A DNA stretch of 64,000 nt, taken from assembly GCA_026770705.1 (NCBI GenBank), contig JANJGN010000004.1:108190001-108254000 (forward strand), written 5' to 3'. Below the pieces are notes generated by a model that saw only the letters and a list, made by a program, of their open reading frames with translations, had not been told where the DNA came from and searched no databases. Shown in pieces: positions 50,171-61,200 of the stretch. Positions within the stretch are counted from its first letter, which is position 1; each line of letters begins with the position of its first letter. The position numbers were made by a program, and so were the translations under genes. The DNA is from Isurus oxyrinchus (taxonomy: Eukaryota).

Positions 50171-51711
50171 CATTGCTGTTTGTGAGACTTTACTCTGTGC
50201 AAATTGGCTGCTGTGTTCCCTATATCACAACAGAGACAACAGTTACACTTCAGAAGCACTTCATTGGCTGCAAAGTGCTTTGAGGTGCTCTTAAATCATA
50301 AAAGGTACTACATAAATGTAACGTTGTCTTAATATTTGAATCAAACAATGGAATTTCAAAGAAAAATTGGTTCCCACCAATCTTCTCGGAAAGAAATAAT
50401 GACTAGTACGTACTGAAGAATCACAACTTCACAGAACAGTAATCAACGAAGTTAAAAAGTACTGAGTATTGCCGATAAGAAATAACATAAGAAAGCTCAT
50501 GCTTTAGAAAATAAATGGGATTACAAAATAAAAGACATTAATTCAGCAACATGGAACTTCCATTTTATTTATTGGCAATCCTTCAAACAAGCCACAATCA
50601 AAATGTATAATCTGTTACCTTCAGTGACATATTTCGGATGACATGACACAGGGACACGAGGTGCCTTTGTAATCCTCAGCTGCACGATTTCTAGCCCAAA
50701 GGCACAACATTAAAAGAAACTAAAAACTAGCCAAGTGGAGAACACAGCATGGTTTATTCATTTATTATCTGGCAATGAGTTCAGTTTCTACATACACAGA
50801 GGAAACTCTGAAATAGCATGCAGCAAAGAGACAATTATTAACAACTTTAAAAACAGATTAATTTTAAGTGTTTTTTTGCCTTTTTCTCTCATTTTCTTTA
50901 GAGCTCTACATATGCTTGCAATAAACATCAAAGACTTTTGTGTACCAATCAATTCAGTCATAGTGTACAGATATGAGTGTGATACAAGACCAAATGTGCA
51001 AATGACACCCCTAGCCCTCCCCTAACACTTTTTCCCACCTTACCAGCCTCTGAATGCATAATACTGAAGAACGTGGATAATTCAACACATCATTTTCAAG
51101 AAATGACAGTGCACACCCAAAAGTTGTTAAAATCAAACTTGATTAAGGTTGGCGTAACAATTAGGAGGGATATAGTCCATCTTGAAACTTCAACTTATTA
51201 AGTCGAAAAAGTTTAGCAGGCAGGAAGGGTGGGTGGGGCAGAGACAGAGAGACTCAGAATCCAGATATTGCTGAAGTACATCATCTTTTCCATCCCCTTC
51301 TGCTACCTCTTCCCCACCCACCAACCCCAGCAGACAACATTATGGTCTTAACCAGAAATAGAAGGAAGCCAGCAACTCAAAACCGTGTGCACTTTTCTTT
51401 TGGTTTATCACACATACCAATAAGTCAAACAGCAAATGAAAGAATTGATTGGTGAAGCCTAAGTATACACAAAGGCTCTTCAAAATCAGTAACTGATTAT
51501 TAGCAGCAAATGTTAACATTTTCCAAAAAAACGGACAACTTAAGTAAATAAGAGCGCCTACAAAACATGCTTAGCCTGCACTGCAACAATACGACTTGAT
51601 TACAAAATGCATAGAGATTTGCATGTTTTTTGGCATGACAGCAACATTTCATTTTGACAGAATACAGTTTAGAATGTAAATGTTTAGACAAAAAACAAAT
51701 TAATAATTTAA

Positions 51712-51975
51712 ATATTGCTGAATAGAGACACATGCTGCTGAAGCTTTTTGTCTTGCACTCATCAGGGCAAAGGCAAGAATGCCAAATTTCAAATAATGAT
51801 AACAATTTATACCACAGGAAAAAAGGGTGCTGAGTGGTTGCAAGTTGACTCTGATTGGCTGAGGGACTGCCATTGAGTATAAATTGTTGTGATCGTTTGA
51901 AATTTGGCATTCTTGTGTTTGTCCTGATGAGTGCAAGATGAAAAGCTTTAACAATATGTTTCTCTTTTCAGCAAA
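51712..51975. mobile_element. Fold-back element of the second PLE-terminus-like family
   Basis: Arms about 51715-51812 and 51877-51973 are inverted and homologous to 17184-17792. Confidence 0.78.
51919..51954 (+). ncRNA. Minimal type I hammerhead ribozyme motif, intact core
   Basis: TTGTC-CTGATGA-GT gcaag AT-GAAA-AGCT-TT-AACAA; one mismatch in helix I. Confidence 0.65.
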
Positions 51976-52036
51976 ATTAATCATTAGTTTTTTTTGAAAT
52001 AAGAAAAATCACAGATGTCAGGGTGTAATTCAAAGC

Positions 52037-52205
52037 CAAAGTACATATGCTTTGCAAATAAAAACTAGAGTTCCCCTTATTCTAATCGTAAGGTGTAAAT
52101 TGATGATTTTATAAGGTGCACCTTGTTAAATGAATGCTCAGAGTGCAGAGTGTACACATTTTGCATTTGGTGTATTATCTAACAATCGAATTAGTAGTAG
52201 AGTAG
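52037..52205 (+). repeat. Probable source copy of the 169-bp duplicate
   Basis: Embedded in non-repetitive AT-rich sequence, and keeps two CpGs that are lost in the 50002 copy. Confidence 0.9.
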
Positions 52206-54227
52206 TGAATAGCATGATCTTAATCACAGTATAATTTAACTTGGCTAAACAGAGACACAAAAGATCATAAAAAGAGCAGAATCGGATTATGGTTGGTCAA
52301 CTTTCACCCCTTCCCAGCTGAGGATGCCAAAAAAAAAATTCATTTCAATATGAATGTTACAGGTACAAAGGCAGCCTAGTGGCCAAAACAAAAAGATGGT
52401 GCTCCACCTTTTATATCGTAGTGGACTTCTGGGTTTTAATTCATCAACAAAACAAAGGTTTCCTGGTTTCAAATCTAGTTAGCTGCGACTAAGGGTAGAC
52501 TGTGAAAGGAGGTGGGGGGAATTATTACCCAGCTCCCTTCTTAAATCTCTCCACCTCTCCCTTCTCCTTAAGGCCTATTGCTTTGACCAAGTTTTTGGTC
52601 ACCTGTCCCAATATCTCCTTATGTGGCTCGATGTCAAATCTTATTTGATAATTGCTTCTGTGAAGCTCCTTGGAACATTTTACTAGCTTCAAGGTGTTAA
52701 GAAAACATAAACCGCTGTTCTTGCAGTGCATCATTAGGAGACAGTGGCAAAATATGTCAACTTCCTGAAGCATTGAAAAATACACCCCGTAAAGTCAAAG
52801 TCATTACGGCAATGGAAGAGGCCATTTAGTCCACTGAGTCTATGCTAGTTCTCTGTAGAACAATCCAATCAGTCCCATTATTTCCATTTAAAAGCTTTCA
52901 CTACCAGGACTACCACCACAGCAGATCATGCTTGATTTAGCTAGTGCTATCCATAGAAATGTTGGATGTTAGTCTGTGATCCGACACAATTAAAGCTGAA
53001 ATAAAGCAGAAACCATTTCCTGGCTCTATCTCCGTAGTCCTGCAAGTTTATTTAGTGCCCATCCAATTTCTTTTTGAAATCATTAATCGTTTCTGCTTCT
53101 ACCATCCTCAATAGGTAGCAAGTTCTGGGTCATTACTGCTCACTCAAAAAAAAAGTTCTTTCTCAGATAAGAAAAAGAAATATTATATCATGCAGCGGCC
53201 AACAGTAATTTGGTCAATTAACCAAAAATCTTTCCCAGTGCTCAAAATAGTTTGATCATTTTTCTTGCCAATTTCCTTCTTTCCCCTCCTGAAGTTGTTA
53301 CTATTTTGATGGGATACAGTGGCCCTAGGCTGAAATTAACCTCCAAAGTGACCATTATTCGCTTCTGAGTTGTGACGAGTGTCGAATTCTCAGAGGGAAC
53401 CAGAGCTGAGCCAGAAGTCTCCCTCACTTGACTATCCACACACGAATGTTGCCAATAGGGATTGGGCTAGTTAACAATCAGGAATGGAAACGCTGACCAA
53501 ATCCATCAAACCGCACCCCCCCAACCTGTCCCTTAACAAAGAAGCGCTATCGGTCATCTATAGCGCCACTAAATTAAAAATTCTGAAACTGAAATAGATA
53601 TTAGGCAAGGGTTATTGAGGAGTATGGAACCAACGTGGGTAGATGGAATTAAGATACTGATGAGCCATGATCTGATGGAGGGCAGAACAGGTTTCAGGGG
53701 CTGAATGGCCTCCTCCTGCTCCTAACTTCCACTATCATTCTAGGATTGGGTAACAGCATTAATAAGGAATGAACCTCGATATTCAGAGTATGCTTTGGTT
53801 GCTAACTGGATCAACTTTGTGACCCACTTGCTTTAGCTTGAATCATCAGGAATCAAAGCCACTGCGGAATACTTGAAGGCCCTGTCCTGATTACCCCCAT
53901 TCCCTCCAAAAGCATACTTGGCTGCAGGGTCCTGAAACCCAGGGAACCTTAATCGTCTGGCATAAAAGTTTTTATTTTAGGTGTGAACAAAGTTGGGCAA
54001 CTATTGTTTTTTACTTCACAGTTTGCCCTTTTATTCAAAGCAAAGTTCATATGTACAAAAAAGTTCTTTTTGTTCCCCACTAGTACTGCTTTGGGCTGTC
54101 TGCAGGGGAAAGCAAGTACCACAGTCTGAAACTGTACACTGGGCTAGGAAGTAAACCAAAACAGAAATAGTTTAACATTGTAACACTCATTGAAAGGTTA
54201 AAAGACAAAAGAACAGAGTTTATGAAG

Positions 54228-54459
54228 TTGAAAACAAAGAAAACTGCGGATGCTGGAAATCTAAAACAAAAACAGAATTACCTGGAATTGCCCCCCCCCC
54301 CCCCACACACACCTTAAACCAGCTTATATTTCAACTCTTTCCTGGACTCGAAATCAAGTTCTGTCGAAGGGTCATGAGGACTCGAAACGTCAACTCTTTT
54401 CTCCTCCGCCGATGCTGCCAGACCTACTGAGTTTTTCCAGGTAATTCTGTTTTTGTTTT
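54228..54459. mobile_element. Young PLE insert: inverted terminus plus forward pLTR
   Basis: 54231-54287 is an inverted terminus; 54291-54459 is nearly identical to about 5400-5577. Perfect 13-bp TSD AGAGTTTATGAAG (54215-54227 / 54460-54472). Confidence 0.9.
54357..54395 (+). ncRNA. Minimal hammerhead-like motif with variant CUGUCGA core
   Basis: AGTT-CTGTCGA-a-GGGTC atgag GACTC-GAAA-CG-TC-AACT. Confidence 0.6.
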
Positions 54460-56921
54460 AGAGTTTATGAAGGCCAGTTAGAAAAAGCAGTACCTAAACA
54501 CTGTATTTTAATAAAAGTTAGACAAAAAACACAAAACTACATGGAATAATAATTGTCAACTACTACACTTCAGGCAGTGATTTTAACGTTTCACAGTATT
54601 CTAAAGAATTTCCAACCTAAGTTGAAATCTAGAGCCATACAGAACTCCCATCAGATTGGCCTCAAGACTCAAACCAAAACAAGAGGTTATTTTAACCCTT
54701 TGAGCACTGAATAAACCTTTGACATCTGTAGAACATGCCTGAGCAAATCTACTGCACAATCAGCAAGAAGGAAATGCATTACAATTTTGCCCACATTCAT
54801 AATACTCATGATTTTATTGAAATCTCAGTGTACAGATGCCCAATGGGTTAAATTAGCCAAACACACTAATTTCTATATATTAGCTTTTGATTAAAAAAGT
54901 AGTACCTAACAGTCTCCTTGTTAATATATCTTTGCATATTGTTAAAGCAATAAACTCTGTTTGAATACTAACCAAATAGTTCAGTTTATCAAACTCAAAT
55001 TTTACTTTTTTTAAAAAGTAAAATTTTTAACCATTTCATTTAGAGGCGCATGCACTTGTAGGCACATTATTTTGATATAAATCTTTCCTTCTACCAGTTT
55101 TAGAACTGTTCATTATTTTAACTGGGAACAAGCTGGCAAATTGGGCCCAATTTATTTACATTTACACACACACTCATGCTCGCACACACACACATACACA
55201 CTCACAGACACTCACTCGTGGCTCCAGAAAGTGCTACAGGAAGTAACACAGTGTCCTGCACAGAAGTCCACTTCATTTGAGTTTTGTGGAACTAGACCGT
55301 TAAGACAAAAGGGCTATACAGAGCTGCAATCCTTCCTTGGTGTGAACCCAGCATCCATTATTGAATTTCACACCAGACTTAGCTTATGCACTTTGCAAAA
55401 AATGGGGTTCCAACAACTATCAGTATTTATGTACGAGCAGCCATATACAAATATTCTAATTACAAACTGTCATCCAAAAAGAACTAAAATAAATAAGATG
55501 ACGTATAAAATCTGTAACACCAATAATTGTAACTTTTAAAATACAAAATCAAATTGCTAATAGAATTTCACAAGCAACGTTAAGGTACACACAGAGTCCA
55601 ATGAGATGCAACATGAACAGACAAGAAACTGCATTTGCAACACAACGAATTAACCAAGACACTGAATTTCTTCCTCAGTATCAAGATGACATGCTCAGTA
55701 AACAGAGGATGGATGTAAGGTTAAAGGTTTTAGTCATGAAGTACTGTACAACTATCTTATGACCAGAATGATGAGATACCAGCCTGATACAATTCTGGGT
55801 TTATCCAGGTTAACTATTTTGCCTGATAGCACACCTTGATCAGTGTTTTCCATTCAAAGTAATTAGGCCTACAGATCACTGGTTTGCTCAGCAAGCTCAA
55901 TATAAATCATACAGGCCCCTGACAACAGGTCCTCAAACTCCAAATACATTAACTATAGTTACAAATCATAACTATTTTAAAAATAAATCCTAAATCTGAT
56001 ATTTTTCTCACTAATGTTTTTTCTAACTGTTAGGAAAATTAGAAGCACAGTTCCTAAGAAGATCTAACAGCCAGCTAATCACCCTCCATTGGGGAAAAAA
56101 AAAACTTTGGCTTGGCAAAGAAAGCAAACTGCTTAAACACACTGAATACACACGCAGATGAAAGACTGAGGGCAGCAAGAAGGTTAATGCCACTATCTGC
56201 AGTGAAGGATGTAAAGCGGTGGGTATATGGCAGCAGGAATGGTGCAAAAAACAATGATACTGAGAGACGAGAAATGGCTGAAAACAGCACACAATTAATA
56301 CTGGATGGAAGAGTTAATACTGCAGCTGTGAAAAGAGGCTTCCGCACTTTAGATCCACGGCAGGTTTGTCCAAAATACCATACCCATCTCACCTGCTTAG
56401 AAATTTATATGAGAAAAAGGCTGCAATTGCTCTGATTCTACATGAATGCTTAACACTTAAACTTTTGAGAGTCCTTTTGCTACAGAAATTTAATGATAAA
56501 GATTGTGCACATTTTGAAAAGCTGTACAGAAAAAAGGTAGTTCTTGAATCACAAGGAGAGATTTAGAAATAAAATCAGGGATTTCTTTTCTAAACAACTT
56601 CCAGACTTCTGGAGTTTCAACAATGACATTTTGATTCATGATATCTAGATTTGCTTGAAAAAAATGAGACCTTCCTAGACTGAAAAAAAAGTGTATTCAG
56701 ATTTCAAAGAGTGTGTGTCACAGAATCATCATTAACTTATACATTGGCTCACTGGAGTTTTAATGTGCCTGGGCTCGAGACATAATTCAGGCCAATAATC
56801 CTTTAACACGCTACTATTAAAAACTTCAACTATCAGTGGCTTAGAAGTAATTAGACTGACTGTATAAAAGAGTGATAGAACATGGAGAATAATTAAAAAA
56901 TAAACCCAAAGCACATTTCTG

Positions 56922-57961
56922 TCAGGCTGTATCTGAGGAAGAGTCAAAAGAACCAGAGATGATGAAGTTCCCTGTATTGTTGAGACCTGACATTGACTGG
57001 GCAGCCTGCTGGCTCAGATTGTTACATATTAGCACCAACTGGTTACTTTGTGCTTCAGACAGAGAACTGCAGCTCTGGTAAACACTAAAGTTGGTCTTCC
57101 TCCCAGGAATATTCCCCTTTTCACACATGGTTTTAACCATTTTTGAGAGCTTATTCTTGCCGAGGGATTGGCTATTGTACCAGTAAAGTGCGGCCAGGTT
57201 GCAGACTGGCTTGATGGATAAGTAAAAAGGGGCATCTTCATAACGCATAGCTGGAGGGCGTCTTTGAGCATACTCCTTGTAGTCCTGCACTGGGCATGTT
57301 TGCGGAGAATGTGGCGTGGCGTAAATTCTGCACTCAGTTCCCGCTCTCCGGCTCTTCCCTTGTGCATCGGAGCTGTCTATGATTTCCCACTCCAGGTACT
57401 CCAAGCCTGTCTCGGTTACGTGTAACCTGATATCCCCCCATTTTAGTGTGGAACTGTGGAACCCAGCACAGTGCCCAAACGCTTTAGTGTTGTTTAGCCA
57501 CACGAGATTAAGCAGCCCCTCAGGGTTGTACCGGCTCAGCAAGCCTCGTTTACGCAGGATGAGCTCATCAGCAAAGGTGAGTTTCATTGATTTGTGAGGC
57601 TTGTTCCCTTTCCCTTTGCCTCTCAGCTCAAGCTGCTTTTGTTTCAGTGCTTCTTGGGAGCGCCTGAATTCCTTATCCCTCGTTATACTGAACCCATATT
57701 TGTATTCCTTTAAGTACCTTTCAAGTCCACACTGATAGTTGGCCAAACTGTTGGGCTCGTACTCTGAGCCATCTTTCTGCCTGGCGTCCACGAAGAACGA
57801 AGCTAGATAGGCATCAAGTTCCGTGCATGGTATGATTTGGATATCCCGGTTTTCGTGTGGGTATTTGGAAAGGAGGAACTCTCTGAAGTTTCTTAGTGCA
57901 GTCAAGGTGCTTCGCACAGTTTTCTCATTCTGTTGACCCTCGCAGCCTCTTTCTTCATTTT
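56922..57961 (-). CDS. KIAA1958: KIAA1958 alternative terminal exon encoding one DUF3504 (Crypton recombinase-derived) domain
   Basis: Translation ENEERGCEGQQNEKTVRST...FFVDARQKDGSEYEPNSLANYQCGLERYL...TCPVQDYKEYAQRRPP...GRKTNFSVY...DSSSDTA* matches the KIAA1958 isoform as I recall it. Minus-strand acceptor tttttttctttctcctccctcttAG (AG at 57963-57962), phase 1. Length 1040 nt = 2 nt + 346 codons ending in TGA. The track's Met at 58013 is intronic. Confidence 0.95.
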
Positions 57962-59289
57962 CTAAGAGGGAGGAGAAAGAAAAAAAATATAAGCTGCACA
58001 TAAAGCCATTCAAAACTAAATTTCAATTTCGCAAAGGTCATTGGAAAACGATATTACATACCTGTCTCAGGTTTCAAAAGCCAACTTCAATTTCACAAAT
58101 GACGTAAAAGATTAAGGCAAAAGAAAATATCAAAACCAGGTCCTCATGTCAATGCAGCACTCTCGGTGCATGGGAGTTAGCGAGAGAGATTAGGTATCAA
58201 GCACAGACCGTCTCAGAACAAATACACCAAGCCAGTGCCTCACAACATTACACTGCTGCAATCGCCCAATATACTATCCCTGCAAACAGGTGTTGAAAGC
58301 AACCCAACAGTAGACAGGATTTTGAAATATAAATGCAATAAAATAACTGATAAACTACCTACATTATTGAGGCCCAGTTAGCGATTGGAGAAATCTAGTG
58401 AAATACGCAGCCGAAAAGGAAATATAAATCCTTTGAGGCTTAAACAAACCAACTGAAGAAATCGGGAACTGAAGGACTGACATACCATGCCAACCATGAT
58501 TCACATACCTTCTGCCAAATCACCAAATAATCAACATTGTCTCTTGGATGACCCGAGTTGAATGGTGGAAAGTACTTGGCAGTATAGTTTATATGACTCT
58601 AAATTGTGTTATAAGCGGAGCAAGCATTTTGAACCATACAACACAAGGATGAAATATTGATAGTTGCACTTTGGCCAGTGAGACAGCAATGAACTGGTAA
58701 CAGACTAGAATGTACATCACCCATATTAAAGCATCTTTGATTTGTATGAATTATTTCCCTCTCCCAAATTAGCTCTAATATGTTAAATACTGCAAACCTC
58801 ATGACAGCAGGGGCCTGGTTTGCCATCAGAGTATGCTTCTCAACCGGTCTTAGAAATGTTACTTTCTCACATGCGTGTGCTTATGCACACACTATACATT
58901 CTGTGCTTAAACCATTGGAAAGGAAGTGAATTTGTGGAAAGCAATTTTATGAACTGCACAGACCAAACATCTTGCAAATGATGTATTATGTATTTACTGA
59001 ATTCTATGGATAGGCACAATGTGCAATAGTTAGGATGCTGAATGACAAAAAGTACACCTAAATCTGACTTCTCCATCAATGCAGCTTTCAGCCATGCAAT
59101 ATCATGATAGCACCTGACATGTGGAAACAGTGATACATGTCTAAACTGCGCCAACAGTTAGTTCACCTCTTGTTTCCTGACTCTCAGAGGGGCACTGGTG
59201 CTCTCAGAGTTTTTGTGGCTTATTTGCTTTGCCCCAGTTGGTGTAAGAAAGGCAAATGTTCAAGTATACATTGTGCTGATTTATTAACT

Positions 59290-61200
59290 TTTTATTTATT
59301 CTTTCGCAGGATGTTGGCATCGCTGGCAAAGCCAGCATTTGTTGCTCATCCCTAACTGCCCTTGAGAAGGTCGGGGTGAGCAACCTTCTTGAACCTCTGC
59401 AGTCCATGTGGTATAGGTACACCCACAGTGCTGTTAGGAGGAGAATTCCAGGATTTTAACCCAGCGACAATGAAGGAATGGTGATATCGTTTTCCAGTGC
59501 CTAGGTCGATGCTAAGTGGTCCGTCCAGTTTCATTCCTTTTTGACTTTGTGGTACAACTGAGTGGCTTGTTGGGCCATTTCAGAGGGAATTGTGAGTCAA
59601 TCATATTGCAGTGTGGGCTGGAGTCACAGGTAACAGGTAAGACAGCTAGATTTCCTTCCCTAAAGGCATTAGTAAATGACATGGGTTTTTAAATCACAAT
59701 TGACAATGGAGTTAAAAGCCAGTCCCCGACCAGACTTTATTAATTAACTGAATTTAAATTCCATTAGCTGCCCTGGTGGAATTTGAGCCAGTGTTCAAAC
59801 AGCACTAGTCTGGATCACTAATCCAGTAATATTACCAATGTGCTACTAACTCCCCAAAACTGGGTGGAAGGAACCTCTGGGCTGAAAAGTAGGAAATCAT
59901 GTGAGAAACAGTGGTTAAACTGGAGGGGTGGGGGTTGTTGAAGGAAGGAGCAGTATAAAAAGATTGAGGGGAAGGGGTGAAAGAAGCACAATCAATTTTT
60001 TAAACATTGTCGCAGGGCACAGCAGTGGATTCAGCCAGATGGTTGCAGTATTGAGTTAATACAGCTGTCTGGTCCTGAATCCTTGTCAAAATTTGAACTC
60101 ATTTGAACCAGTTCGCAGATAATCTGCAGCCATACGACATAAACAACCCACCTTTTCTTCTATACCAAACTGTGGTGTTTCTTTCTCCCGTCAAGGCACA
60201 TTTGGAGTTAAAAACCAGGTTCACCCACAGAAAGGGAGGGTGCCAAGCTATTCAATTCAAATAACAACATCTTACGGATTTTCCATTTGACTGGCAACCT
60301 TTTTTGAGTGGTCAAAGATTGTGAGTACGGTAGCGTAATGGTTATGTTACTGAACTGGCAATCCAAGGGCATGAGTTCAAATCCCATCATGGCAGTTGGA
60401 GAATTTAAATTCAATTATTTAAATAAATCTGGAATTTGAGCACAAAACTGGTATCAGTAATGGCGACCATGAAATTACTCAACTGTCTTAAAAACCCATT
60501 TCGTTTACTAATGAAATCTGCTGTTCTTACCTAACTTGGCCAATGTGACTTCAGACTTACAGCAATGTGATTGGCTCTTAAATATCCTTTAAAAAGATCA
60601 AGTAAGCTATTCAGTTGTACAGAGATGGGCAGCAAACACTGGTGTCACACCCAGATTCTGTGAACGAATAACAAAATTCAATTTCTTTTGTCTGTCAAAT
60701 ATTGAGTTGGTACCTCTCAGGTTGTCTTCAGGTGCTCTGTTTGAAGCCATTAGAGACAGAGCAAGAGGGGGAAATAGGCTAGGGAGACTTTGTGGACACT
60801 CAGCAACAATATGTTTCGTCCAGGGTCCTTGCAGTGTAGTTTTTTTCTTTATTCTATACCCCAGGATGTGGGCTTCACTGGCAAAGCCAGTGATTTATTG
60901 CCCCTTTAACTGAGTGGCTTGTTAGTGCTAGTTCAGAGGGCAGTTAAGTGTTGCTGTGGATCTGGAGTGTAGGCCAAACCAGGTAAGGATGGCAGATTTC
61001 CTTCCCTAAAGGACATTAGAGAACCAGTTGGGTTACAGCAATGATAGTTCCATGGTCACCATTACTGAGCCAGATTTTATTAATTGAATTTAAATTCCAC
61101 CAGCTGCCATGGTGGGATTTAAACCCATGTCCTCAGAGCATTAGCCTGGGCCTCTGGATTACTAGTCCAGTGACATTACTATTATATCACTGTCCCCCCC
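59290..61200. mobile_element. Cluster of a CR1-clade LINE tail and three tRNA-SINE copies
   Basis: Homology to 45000-45200 and 29740-30130 in both orientations. Confidence 0.7.

Larger units (their letters stand above)
49100..50330 (+). mobile_element. Deu-type SINE split by a LINE plus a captured host segment
   Basis: SINE body ends ...aaaacagattgtttggttatt (49303) and resumes cattgctgtttgtgag (50171). Confidence 0.75.

Noticed and set aside
32241-57961. Active Crypton transposon or phage-type integrase
   Set aside because: The modules are spliced host exons lacking catalytic residues, with no element boundaries.
57962-58013. N-terminal extension MNGFMCSLYFFSFSSLL of the 363-aa ORF
   Set aside because: It is the intronic polypyrimidine tract and acceptor; the exon starts at 57961.
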